Positions 18,730 through 27,494 of a DNA stretch of 45,054 nt are shown in pieces. The position numbers and the translations under genes were made by a program. Position 1 is the first letter of the stretch. Each line of letters opens with the position of its first letter. A model generated the notes under the pieces. The model saw only the letters and a list, made by a program, of their open reading frames with translations. It did no database searches and was not told the origin of the DNA. Source of the DNA: a virus (Duplodnaviria; Caudoviricetes); the IMG/VR virus record IMGVR_UViG_3300017747_002686, positions 1 through 45,054 of that record; one strand, 5' to 3'.

Positions 18730-19421
18730 TAGATGATCGAGTCAGCCAGCCCTGCCTGGAGCGACTGCTTCGCGCTGAACCACTGGTCCTTGCGGGCCGT
18801 GAACAGCGTGTCGAAGTCGCTGGCCGGTCGGCCGGAAGCGTCAGCGAAGATGTCCTTGATGCGTGCTTCCAGCATCTTCACGAACTCCAGCTCGTCCTCG
18901 ATCTCGTACGCCTTGCCCATCGCCCCGAAGGCAGCGCGGTGGATCATGACGAAGGCGGACGGACCTACCTCACGCTTGCTCGCAGCCTGGAGGATCACCG
19001 CACCCATGCTGGCAGCCATGCCACGCACTCGGATGGTGATGAAGTGGCCTTCCTTGCGGAAGCGCAGCAGCTCGTCGAACAGGCGGAAGCCTTCGATGAT
19101 GCTGCCGCCACCTGTGTTCATCTCGATGGTGATGTCGGCCTTGGGGTAGAGACGGCTGTACACTCGCAGGCTGCCGAGTAGCGAGCCCACCGACAGGCTG
19201 TTCACATCATCGTCGAACTCGAAGTAGCCGCGGTTGAAGTCGTACTCCGCCTTCTGCTTGTAGGCAGCGGCGTTGGCGGCGCGGTTCAGCTCCGAGACCG
19301 CCGCATCCTTGCGGGCTTCCTCGATACTGATCCGTGTCTGATCGGCCTTGGCTTCGTTGAGGCGAGCCTCAGCCAGGTACGCCGTGTCTTCCGCAGTGGT
19401 TGATACTTTCTTTGCGACCAT
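18729..19421 (-). CDS. clpP: ClpP-like serine protease
   Basis: NTGGG, GMAASMG (catalytic Ser), MIH (His), DQWFSA.Q.L..GLAD.I C-terminus. Confidence 0.85.
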   Translation of the reverse strand: MVAKKVSTTAEDTAYLAEARLNEAKADQTRISIEEARKDAAVSELNRAANAAAYKQKAEYDFNRGYFEFDDDVNSLSVGSLLGSLRVYSRLYPKADITIEMNTGGGSIIEGFRLFDELLRFRKEGHFITIRVRGMAASMGAVILQAASKREVGPSAFVMIHRAAFGAMGKAYEIEDELEFVKMLEARIKDIFADASGRPASDFDTLFTARKDQWFSAKQSLQAGLADSII

Positions 19422-19424
19422 GCA

Positions 19425-20276
19425 CTACTCCTTCATTGTGCCGGCGAGGTAGTCTTGGAAGTTCCAAGCCTGGCCTACGGCACGGCGAATCCACAACAGC
19501 TGTCCCACTTCCTGTAGCGTGGCTTCCCAAGCGCTACCGTACGTGGCTTTGTACTTCTCTACCACTATGTTCGCACGATCCTTCCGTGTGGTCAAGTGGT
19601 CGATCAGCTTGTGCGCTGTCTTGTCCCCGATCTTCGGGATGCCGGGGATGTTGTCAGCGGTGTCACCCATCAGCATCTGAAGCCAGAACCAGCGGTCACT
19701 CGCATCGGGGCTGATGCGGAACTTGATGTCCTTGCCCCAGTTGTAGTGGTTGCCGTGTATCTGCATCAAGTCCTTGTCGATGGAGCAGACAATGCCTTCA
19801 CCCTTCATGTTCGTCTGGGTGATGCCGATCACGTCGTCCGCCTCCTCGCCGCTGCTGATGTTGGCAGCTGGCAGGCCCTCGAACCACTGCCTACAGGCAG
19901 CGAAGTGGACCGGCTTCTCAACGCTGGTGCGGTTGCCCTTGTACGGGGTGATGGTGGCCACCTCCTCGCGGAAGTTGCCCTTGCCGGTGAGGAACAGCTG
20001 GTAGCTGGTGGCCTCCATCTTCTCGACCAGCGCGTCGAGCTTGCGCTGGCAGATGAGGAGGGCCAGCCCCTCGTCGAGCACGTCAAGGTGCTTGGTGCAG
20101 GTGTAGTCCTCGGGGCGTTCCTTCAGCCCCATCTCCTTCAGCCACACGTCGCGGTCCTTGGCGTTCTCGAAGGTGCGTTCCCCTTCCGGGTAGGTGATGG
20201 TGTACCGGTTACGCTGCGCCCCGAAGGACGACTCGTAGACCAGCACGTCACCGTCAATCAGGAGGTGACGGCTCAC
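19425..20276 (-). CDS. 5'-3' exonuclease (T7 gp6/T5 D15 family)
   Basis: LLIDGD, NFR....PYKGNR, EADD, SIDKDL.QI.G, GDTADNIPGIPKIG.KTA motifs. Confidence 0.92.
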   Translation of the reverse strand: MSRHLLIDGDVLVYESSFGAQRNRYTITYPEGERTFENAKDRDVWLKEMGLKERPEDYTCTKHLDVLDEGLALLICQRKLDALVEKMEATSYQLFLTGKGNFREEVATITPYKGNRTSVEKPVHFAACRQWFEGLPAANISSGEEADDVIGITQTNMKGEGIVCSIDKDLMQIHGNHYNWGKDIKFRISPDASDRWFWLQMLMGDTADNIPGIPKIGDKTAHKLIDHLTTRKDRANIVVEKYKATYGSAWEATLQEVGQLLWIRRAVGQAWNFQDYLAGTMKE

Positions 20277-20422
20277 GACGCCGCGGCGATGATGGCGTCG
20301 AGCAGCACGCCACCCAGCGTCACACCTATCAGCACCAGCGCTGTCACCACCGCAATCGGCAGGGTGACGGGCAACGTGGCGAGCAGGAGGAGAACGGTTG
20401 CAGCCTTGCGTCCGCTACCCAT
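20273..20422 (-). CDS. Small membrane protein (49 aa)
   Basis: MGSGRKAATVLLLLATLPVTLPIAVV...; below the ORF-track cutoff, overlaps both neighbours. Confidence 0.55.
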   Translation of the reverse strand: MGSGRKAATVLLLLATLPVTLPIAVVTALVLIGVTLGGVLLDAIIAAAS

Positions 20423-20925
20423 TAGACCACCTCGTGCTTGATGATGGTGACCGTCTTCAGCACACGGTAGGCACCAGCGGTGCGGCCGATCTGGCCGGGG
20501 CGGCGGTGGTTTGTGACCTTGGAGGATAGCTCCTTGGCTGCCAGCTTCGCCTTGGAGTAGGTGGACCAGGTGCTGACCATGCTGCCGCCGATGTCAACCA
20601 CCGTGTAGCACGTCTTCGTCTCACCAGGGAACATGTCGAGAACCTGCTGGTTGACCTGGTAGGTCTTCTGGTTGCGGGTCTTCAACAGGCTGGGCGACTT
20701 GGCCTTCGGGGTGGAGGCGATGATTTCCTCCTGGGTGGCAGGGCGGAAGCGGCCGGAGTAGAGGCCGACATCATACCCTTCGATGCGGATGATGGTGGAG
20801 CCGTACGCGGTGTCCACCTCTCGAACCGTGACAACCTGGGCCATCGGGATACGAGGGCTGCTGAGGGATTTATCACCGTCAGCACTGATGCGGACGACCT
20901 TGTCACCCACTTGGAACTTGCTCAT
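20422..20925 (-). CDS. Hypothetical protein with N-terminal SH3/KOW-like domain
   Basis: MSKFQVGDKVVR...RFRPA pattern; SD AGGAG. Confidence 0.65.
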   Translation of the reverse strand: MSKFQVGDKVVRISADGDKSLSSPRIPMAQVVTVREVDTAYGSTIIRIEGYDVGLYSGRFRPATQEEIIASTPKAKSPSLLKTRNQKTYQVNQQVLDMFPGETKTCYTVVDIGGSMVSTWSTYSKAKLAAKELSSKVTNHRRPGQIGRTAGAYRVLKTVTIIKHEVV

Positions 20926-20934
20926 GTGTATCTC

Positions 20935-21081
20935 CTATCTTGATGCGGCGATCATCGCCACGTTGGCTACGGCATAGCAGACGTAGGCACATGCCCACGC
21001 CGGCTTGCCTTCCATCCAGAACGCAATGGCGGCGCCACCGTACAGCAGGGTGGCACCCCACAACACGATGGCGCTGACCAT
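20935..21081 (-). CDS. Small membrane protein (48 aa)
   Basis: MVSAIVLWGATLLYGGAAIAFW...YAVANVAM; two hydrophobic segments, TAATG coupling to SSB. Confidence 0.6.
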   Translation of the reverse strand: MVSAIVLWGATLLYGGAAIAFWMEGKPAWACAYVCYAVANVAMIAASR

Positions 21082-21773
21082 TAGAACGGGATGTCGTCTT
21101 CGTTGAACTCTACGGCTGGCGCAGCAACAGGTGCAGCGACCGGCTGAGGCGCAGCGGGCTGCGGTGCCGGGGTCTGCACAGGAGCCGGAGCAGCTGCTGC
21201 CGGGAGGTTCGTGGAAGGCGGGGTGCCAGCATACAGCGCCGCGTAGTTCTCATCGGCGTAGCGCTCCAGCTTGATGGCCAGGGCCAGGGCCTTGGTCAAC
21301 GTCTCCGCACCGGTGACGCCAACAACGTGTAGGCTCACCGCGTTGTTCACCGCACGACCAGCCTTGATCTCCGTGTTGCGATCAGAGGGACCGGTGGATG
21401 CAGGACGTGGTGCGCTGGCTGCCGGGGATGCAGGGGCAGCCCGCTGAGCCGGCGCAGCGGATTGCGCAGGGGCTGCTCCGTTTCCCTTGGCCACCAACTT
21501 GATCGGGCCATCCTTGTCCCAGTAGGTCTTTCCTGCCTTCTCACGACCCTTGGCGAAGAATTGCACCGTGTCGCCGGCTTCCAGCGTGACCCAGTCCTTG
21601 CCGTTCTGGACTCGAATCTGGAGGTCGCCCTGCGGGGAGGGCTTGATGCCGCCGCAGTCGTAGTACGTACCGCCGACCTTCAGCTGGGAGAAGTGCGTCT
21701 TGCCCCACTGATCAGGCGCCGGCTTCTCGCGGAAGGATACTGCTTCGATTACACCTTGGACTGCTTGGCTCAT
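21081..21773 (-). CDS. ssb: Single-stranded DNA-binding protein
   Basis: N-terminal OB-like beta domain, Pro/Ala linker, acidic tail ending EFNEDDIPF. Confidence 0.75.
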   Translation of the reverse strand: MSQAVQGVIEAVSFREKPAPDQWGKTHFSQLKVGGTYYDCGGIKPSPQGDLQIRVQNGKDWVTLEAGDTVQFFAKGREKAGKTYWDKDGPIKLVAKGNGAAPAQSAAPAQRAAPASPAASAPRPASTGPSDRNTEIKAGRAVNNAVSLHVVGVTGAETLTKALALAIKLERYADENYAALYAGTPPSTNLPAAAAPAPVQTPAPQPAAPQPVAAPVAAPAVEFNEDDIPF

Positions 21774-22030
21774 GAAGACTCCTTGTTGCAACGATCCTCT
21801 ACTTCCTCGTTATCGTCCTCGGACCCGGTGATGCCAAGGTCTTCAGCGATTTGCTCTAGCTCCTCCTGCACAAACACTTCGAGGATGTCGGCGCCGTGCC
21901 CATCGTCGGTCTGAATGACCAGCGACTCGAGCGCAGCGAGGGCTCCGATCTTGCTGTACTCCACCGTGCAGAAGCGTGAGAACTCCACGCCTCCGACAAC
22001 GATGGTGACTTCCGTTTCCACCTTGCTCAC
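21770..22030 (-). CDS. Small acidic hypothetical protein
   Basis: 86 aa, very Glu/Asp-rich, overlapping starts/stops. Confidence 0.6.
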   Translation of the reverse strand: MSKVETEVTIVVGGVEFSRFCTVEYSKIGALAALESLVIQTDDGHGADILEVFVQEELEQIAEDLGITGSEDDNEEVEDRCNKESS

Positions 22031-22197
22031 TTGAAATACTCCGGTGCTGGCCCGCCGTCAGGCTCCCAGTTGGTGACGTGTACCACATAGTAGTCATCCC
22101 CGAAGGTCTGACGCAGCGCATCCATCTCGCTGCGTTCCTCCAGGGCGCACCACATATGGCTGGGCCAGATGGCCACAGGTATCGGGTCGCTCGTCAT
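22027..22197 (-). CDS. Hypothetical protein (56 aa)
   Basis: MTSDPIPVAIWPSHMWC...EYFK; TGATG coupling to polymerase stop. Confidence 0.55.
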   Translation of the reverse strand: MTSDPIPVAIWPSHMWCALEERSEMDALRQTFGDDYYVVHVTNWEPDGGPAPEYFK

Positions 22198-24095
22198 CAG
22201 TGGCACTCCATCCAGTTGCGTCCCATCTTGTAGTCGCCAGCCAGTGGGCAGCGTACCTTGAAGCGCTTCTCAGCCCAGCGCATAGCCTCGTCGAAGGTCT
22301 CGCCAATGATCTTGGCGTTGGCTTCGGTCGTGGTCTCGAACTGTGCTTCGTCGTGCATGTGGATGATCTGCTCGAAGGGGATGCCCAGTCGGCGCAGTTT
22401 CTTGTGGGTGTAGCTGGTCGCTGCCTTGACCAGGATGGAGCCGGCGCTCTGCATGAGGGTGTTGAGACCGGCGTGGTTGTGACGGACGTACAGCTTGCGG
22501 CCGTCGAGCCCCATCAGCCACTTCTTCTTGATACCCTGCTCGATCCTTTCCATTAGTTTACCGTACTTCGGCAGACCTGTAAAGAACCGCTGACGCAGCA
22601 GCGCACCATCAGCCTCGGTGCCACTGAAGCCGGGCAGCCCAGCCACCACGCTACCAATCTTCGCATCACCAGCGCCGTAGATCAGGGCGTAGATGAACGT
22701 CTTGGCCACGTTGCGGAAGGCATCGTGCTGCTCATGCCCTGGCCCTTCCTTGATTCGCTTCGTGCCCTTGGGAACCAGGCCCATCAGCTGCACGTTGAAC
22801 CAGTGGATGTCGCCGCTGAGAATCTGCCGGGTGTACTCCTCGTCACCCATGTAGTGTGCCAACATGCGCAGCTCCAGACCGGCAGCGTCGCAACCCACCT
22901 GCACCTTACCCTCTGGCACACAGAACAGGGCGCGCATCTCCTTGCCCCACATGGTACCAGGGCGAGGTACGTTGACCACCACACTGTGCCGCATACGGCC
23001 GGTAGGTGTGGCGTTGGCGAACGCACGGGCTTCGATGCGCCCATCCTCTCGCACCTTGCTGAGCCAGCCACGCACCTGGCCAAGCCGGGTGATGGCGACG
23101 AAGCGCTCAGCCAGCGCCTTGCCGATGCCGCCAAGCTGCGCCGTGATGCTGTCCTCGGTGAACTTCGGGTTGCCCTTCTCGGTCCACTCGGTCGGCGTCC
23201 AGCCATGCAGCATGAGCAGTTGGATGACCTGGTGCCTGGAGTCGAGGTCATACTCGCTGAAGCTGACCCGGTCGAACTCGCCGCCGATGGTCACACCGTT
23301 GACAGAGTGCGACATGCCCCAGTCACCGCAGTCGATGAGGACGTTGGCATCCTTCTCGCCCGGCTCCAGACCTAGCGCCTTCCATGCAACAGCAGACGGT
23401 GCGCCGTTCTTCTTGAACGCCTTGGCGACGGGCTCACCCTGTACACACTTCGGCTTGATGAAGCCAGCGCAGTAGGTGGTGCGCTCAGCGATGTAATCCG
23501 TCAGCTGCTGGACTAACTTGTTAGCTGCGTCGAGGTCGAAGCGCACGCCGACGTACGCCTGCCGTGCCATGATGGCAGCGATGTCGTGCTCAAGCAGCAG
23601 GCTGGTGGACCAGTCATGTGTGCTCAGGTACTTGTGGTGCAGGTAGCGGTCGATCTTGCGCAGGGTGTCCACGTCCTGGTCGCAGTAGGTGCCCATCTCC
23701 TCGGTGTACTCAGCCCACGGGTCGATGCCCGCTGCCTCACAGCGCTCTTGGTAGTCGTCCTTCGGCGCATTGACACGCACACCCCAGTCCTTCAGGGAGT
23801 GGGTGCCGCTGTACTCCGGGTCCACCACTGAGCACACCACCTTGGTGTCGAACAGGATGTGGCCTCGCGCCTTCAGGTCCATGCCGAATCGCTTGAGGAC
23901 CGGGGCGTCGAAGCCTACCTCGTTGTGTGCGATGCACATGGTGGCAGGTAGAAGCTGATCGACTACCGCCTTCACCGCGGCCAAACCTACAGCGCGCTGG
24001 ACAGGCTGGTCATCGAAGGCGTAGGACATGCAGTGGATGAACAGGCCCTGCTTGCGCAGGAGCCCGTTGGTTTCCAAGTCGTAGTAGAACTTCAC
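22197..24095 (-). CDS. polA: DNA polymerase family A (T7-like) with 3'-5' exonuclease
   Basis: Exo motifs YDLETNG, HN.VGFD, YC.QDV; polymerase motif A DAAGLELR, motif B R..AKTFIYALIYG, motif C HDE. Confidence 0.96.
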   Translation of the reverse strand: MKFYYDLETNGLLRKQGLFIHCMSYAFDDQPVQRAVGLAAVKAVVDQLLPATMCIAHNEVGFDAPVLKRFGMDLKARGHILFDTKVVCSVVDPEYSGTHSLKDWGVRVNAPKDDYQERCEAAGIDPWAEYTEEMGTYCDQDVDTLRKIDRYLHHKYLSTHDWSTSLLLEHDIAAIMARQAYVGVRFDLDAANKLVQQLTDYIAERTTYCAGFIKPKCVQGEPVAKAFKKNGAPSAVAWKALGLEPGEKDANVLIDCGDWGMSHSVNGVTIGGEFDRVSFSEYDLDSRHQVIQLLMLHGWTPTEWTEKGNPKFTEDSITAQLGGIGKALAERFVAITRLGQVRGWLSKVREDGRIEARAFANATPTGRMRHSVVVNVPRPGTMWGKEMRALFCVPEGKVQVGCDAAGLELRMLAHYMGDEEYTRQILSGDIHWFNVQLMGLVPKGTKRIKEGPGHEQHDAFRNVAKTFIYALIYGAGDAKIGSVVAGLPGFSGTEADGALLRQRFFTGLPKYGKLMERIEQGIKKKWLMGLDGRKLYVRHNHAGLNTLMQSAGSILVKAATSYTHKKLRRLGIPFEQIIHMHDEAQFETTTEANAKIIGETFDEAMRWAEKRFKVRCPLAGDYKMGRNWMECH

Positions 24096-25735
24096 AGTGG
24101 CTCGTCTCCTGATCCATCGTCCTCGGGTGGCTCGGCTGCCTGCACCAGGCGGCTGGCCTCGTGGTCCCAGTACATGCGGTCAGCTGGCCCAGTGTCGCCA
24201 GTCTCACGGCATTTGAGCACATGTATCTGTGACACGTTCCGCTAGTAGTCATCCTCGTGCTGCTTGTTGCGGGACACGCCGAAGATGTCGAAGCTGATCT
24301 GGTACAGCGAACCGCTGCCCTTCATGTCCTCCTCGGTAGGTACAGCACCCTGCGACCAGCTCTTGGTGCCACCGGGTGGCTTGCGCAGATGGCTGATCAG
24401 ACAGACGTGAGACTTGGTGGTCTCAGCGAAGTCGAGCAGCTCCTCCATCATGGTGTCCTGGTCGCCCAGGCTACCGCCCTTGTCACCGAACTCACGCACA
24501 CCAAGGGTGACGTGGTCGAGGAAGAACAGGCGGCAGCCCAGCTCGTAGTGCAGGTGCTTGAACTTGCCAAGCAGGCCACCCTTCGCTTCCTTGCTGCGCC
24601 GGCCGTTCTCCATCGTGAAGATGCGGTTGGTGCCGTACGTCTCGTCGTATGCCTGCTTGCGCTCGGCGGCGGTCATGTCGTACCACCGCTTGCCCATATG
24701 AAACTGCATCAGGCCACGCCACGTCTTCTCGGGCGCTTCCTCCAGCTCCACCTCACCGATCTTCCAGTCGCTGGTGAGCAGCGCATGCTGCTTGAGGCGG
24801 CGGATGTACGAGGTCTTGCCGACTGACGAGCCGGCGATCCACGTGCTGATCTCTGCCTCACGCATGCCCAGCGTCTTGCGGGCCATCATGTCGAACTCGG
24901 CAGGGTAGGGGATGAAGTCGGGCTGGACGTACGACTCCATCCGACGCCACACTTCCTCGCCGTAGATGATGCCGGTCGGGGTGTAAGCTCGTGCGTTCCA
25001 CAGGCAGTCGAGGAACTGCTTGGCCTGCCCGTCGATCAGCATCTGGTTGGGATCGGACGGCAAGGTGAGAAGCACCGGCTTGCCGTGCGACAGCGCAGCG
25101 GCGAACTCGTCAGCCTGTGACCGACCGCCCTCGTCGGGGTCGTAGGCAATGGCGATCTTCTCGAAGCCCTCGAAGTATTCCAGGTTGCGGCGCCAGTTCT
25201 CTGCGCCCAGGTTGGCCACCACACGGTAGCCCTTGCCCTGCGATGCGAGCATCTGGTGGACAGCGAGGCAATCCTCGGCGCCCTCTACAACGATGAGCAT
25301 CTTGCCGCCGTTGCCGGCTACATGTGAACCGAAGGGCAGGTTGCCTGCGGTCTCACCGATGCGGCTGGTGTCTGTCTTCTGCCGATGGCCAGGGGCACGG
25401 GTGAGTTTCTTCTGGTACCCTACGTGGGCACCATCCTTGTACAGCGGGAAGTAGTAGGCCAGCTCGCTGCGGTCGGTGGTGCTGTACTCGATACGCACAC
25501 CGAACAGCGCCGCCGTCTTGGCGTCGATCCCTCGGGCTAACATGTTACCCGGTGAGAGTTGGTTGATCTGTTGCAAGGTACCTCTCCAGTCGCGTTCGCT
25601 TAGGGCCTCGGCCTTGCCGCTCCCTCCTGTGTTGTGGCTGCACACGAAGCAGTGAGTGCTACCGTTGTCGTACACCGCAGCGCCATCACTGCTGCCGCAC
25701 TTCTGGCAAGCCTGATGCCTGATGAATCTGCCCAT
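24092..25735 (-). CDS. T7 gp4-like primase-helicase, interrupted by an in-frame TAG at 24242-24244
   Basis: Zn finger C..CGSSD...HCFVC, TOPRIM VEG.ED and D.D..G, Walker A GSSVGKT, LFFLDH, SHL, KGSG; frame continues after TAG with VLKCRETGDTG to TGA at 24092. Confidence 0.9.
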
Positions 25736-25843
25736 CTGATTCTCCTGTTAGAGCGGTAGTAGGGTAGCGGGTTAGCAGGGGGGGGGTAGCGGGTTATCTC
25801 ACTACCCTGCTAACAGCTACTGCTACTAGAAGCTGTTAACAGT

Positions 25844-25872
25844 AGTGTATCAACAGCCCGCGTCGGTGTCAA
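25844..25872 (-). promoter_or_regulatory. Sigma70-type promoter for the replication operon
   Basis: Minus strand TTGACA (25872-25867), 17-nt spacer, TACACT (25849-25844), ~110 nt upstream of the primase start. Confidence 0.75.
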
Positions 25873-26026
25873 CCAGCAAGTCCTGCGCATCCGGTGCTGC
25901 CTTGTACACCTCACCCTTGATGGTGTCACGGCACGGGAAGCAGATGTCCCAATACTCCTGGCAGATCGGCATCTTCGCTCGGGCTGCTGCCTCGGTCAGC
26001 TCGCAGTTGCAAGCACGGCACCTCAT
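25850..26026 (-). CDS. Small zinc-finger protein (58 aa)
   Basis: MRCRACNCEL...DICFPC, two CxxC pairs; ATGA overlap with upstream gene. Confidence 0.7.
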   Translation of the reverse strand: MRCRACNCELTEAAARAKMPICQEYWDICFPCRDTIKGEVYKAAPDAQDLLVDTDAGC

Positions 26027-26451
26027 CCGCCCACCACCTTCTCCAACTTCTGGAACAGATCCATCATGGCAGAGTTACAACCCGGCAAGCGGTGATTCTC
26101 AAACAGCTTGATCGCCGGCTCCTTGATGTAGTCGTAACTCAGGGTGTTCTTCAATGCGTGCTCCCATTCATTCCGGCCGCAAGTTCCGACCAGGATGCGG
26201 AGTACACACAGCTCGTCGTAGGTGAAGGACACCACCTGGCCAGGCAGTACCTGCTGCCAGTGGCTGGATTTGAAGTCACGGGCCGACATGAAGTGAACAT
26301 CACCGGCTGCATCAGCAGGGCAGCGCCAGTCACGGGTATTAGTGTAGGCAAACGAGTAGGTGACGCCGGCCTTAAAGCCGACGCTCTTGTCCTCCATCAT
26401 GAAGTCTTTGATGCAGAGCATCTTGATGTGGTCAGCGTGTTTAATTTTCAC
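26023..26451 (-). CDS. Hypothetical early protein
   Basis: 142 aa ORF overlapping both neighbours; N-terminal domain resembles 30647-30823. Confidence 0.7.
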   Translation of the reverse strand: MKIKHADHIKMLCIKDFMMEDKSVGFKAGVTYSFAYTNTRDWRCPADAAGDVHFMSARDFKSSHWQQVLPGQVVSFTYDELCVLRILVGTCGRNEWEHALKNTLSYDYIKEPAIKLFENHRLPGCNSAMMDLFQKLEKVVGG

Positions 26452-26777
26452 AGTACCTCCGTGGTCTTGATGAAGCGGTAAGGTCGGCGGTGGGCGTAGC
26501 GCTCCAGTCGATCAGGGTTGTTGAACCACTTGACGCGGCTGGCTGCCTGCGCCTCGTTCTTGTAGCCGGTGACCAGGTCGTCGTACTTGTCGAGCACCAC
26601 CCACACCGTGAGCGGCTGCGGCTTGCGGCGGAACTTGTTGAACACTCGGTCGGTCAGCAGGTGAGCGCTGTGCTGATCAAGCGGCGCCCAGGTAAAGCCG
26701 GTGTTCCACTCCAGCTCCACACCTTCAGCGTAAAGCTTCAACCACTCAGCGTTGTGTGGTAGATTCTTTGCGGTCAT
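26448..26777 (-). CDS. Hypothetical early protein
   Basis: SD AGGAG before ATG 26777. Confidence 0.7.
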   Translation of the reverse strand: MTAKNLPHNAEWLKLYAEGVELEWNTGFTWAPLDQHSAHLLTDRVFNKFRRKPQPLTVWVVLDKYDDLVTGYKNEAQAASRVKWFNNPDRLERYAHRRPYRFIKTTEVL

Positions 26778-26925
26778 TCGGTTTCTCCTGTAGTGCAAGG
26801 GTTTCAATACGGATGCGCTCAGCGTCGGCACATTGCAGACGCTTCGGTACTTGGTTCACGTTGGACCAGCGCTGGTCTAGTATCAGGCGCTGGGTGTATG
26901 TCAGGGTACCACCGACTGCGGCCAT
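26746..26925 (-). CDS. Hypothetical early protein
   Basis: TGATG coupling to upstream gene, 59 aa. Confidence 0.45.
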   Translation of the reverse strand: MAAVGGTLTYTQRLILDQRWSNVNQVPKRLQCADAERIRIETLALQEKPNDRKESTTQR

Positions 26926-27494
26926 CAGAACTCCAGGCTCATCTGTGATGTGCGAAGCACGGCTGTCTCCAGTGTGCCAGGTGTAACACCCCAGCTGCGG
27001 CACACGCCGGCCCACACTGCGGCCTGCGCATCCCGTACACTGATGCCGTTGCGGTTAGCAACCTCGGTCATCAGCTTCAGGGCGACTAACATGTTAGCCT
27101 TGGTGGTGACACGCGAGTGCGGCACGTCGAGGGCACGGGCCATCCACGTATCCAGCACCAGCGCAGTGGTGTCACCATGCAGGGCACGAGCGAAGGCGCT
27201 CGTCTTCGGGCCACGTATCTCGCCCGTCTTGCGGTAGTGGGCCAGCGCCACACGGGTGGACTTGATGACGCCACCACGAGGCAGCTTGCCCGTCTCGAAG
27301 TAGGCCACCGTTAAGTCCCAGTTGCGCTTCACCGACATGCGAGGGCTAATGACGGCGAGCACGTTGATGAAGTCGTCGTGATCCCAGCCATGCCGCTCGC
27401 ACTCGGTGATGATGAACTCACGAGCGTCATCGTACCAGTTCACCCAGCCGTTGCCCCACTGGCACAGCTGATCCAATCGCTCGATCATGTTCAT
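26925..27494 (-). CDS. Helix-hairpin-helix DNA-glycosylase-like protein (DUF7178-like)
   Basis: WY..A....LAVISP...V.RN, GPKT.AF..AL.GD...LV.DTW..RA and QA.VW pattern. Confidence 0.6.
   Translation of the reverse strand: MNMIERLDQLCQWGNGWVNWYDDAREFIITECERHGWDHDDFINVLAVISPRMSVKRNWDLTVAYFETGKLPRGGVIKSTRVALAHYRKTGEIRGPKTSAFARALHGDTTALVLDTWMARALDVPHSRVTTKANMLVALKLMTEVANRNGISVRDAQAAVWAGVCRSWGVTPGTLETAVLRTSQMSLEF

Noticed and set aside
24242-24244. Genome-wide amber reassignment (alternative genetic code)
   Set aside because: TAG ends several genes at tight junctions (15205, 18729, 19425, 30438, 44202), other long genes have no internal TAG, and no suppressor tRNA was seen
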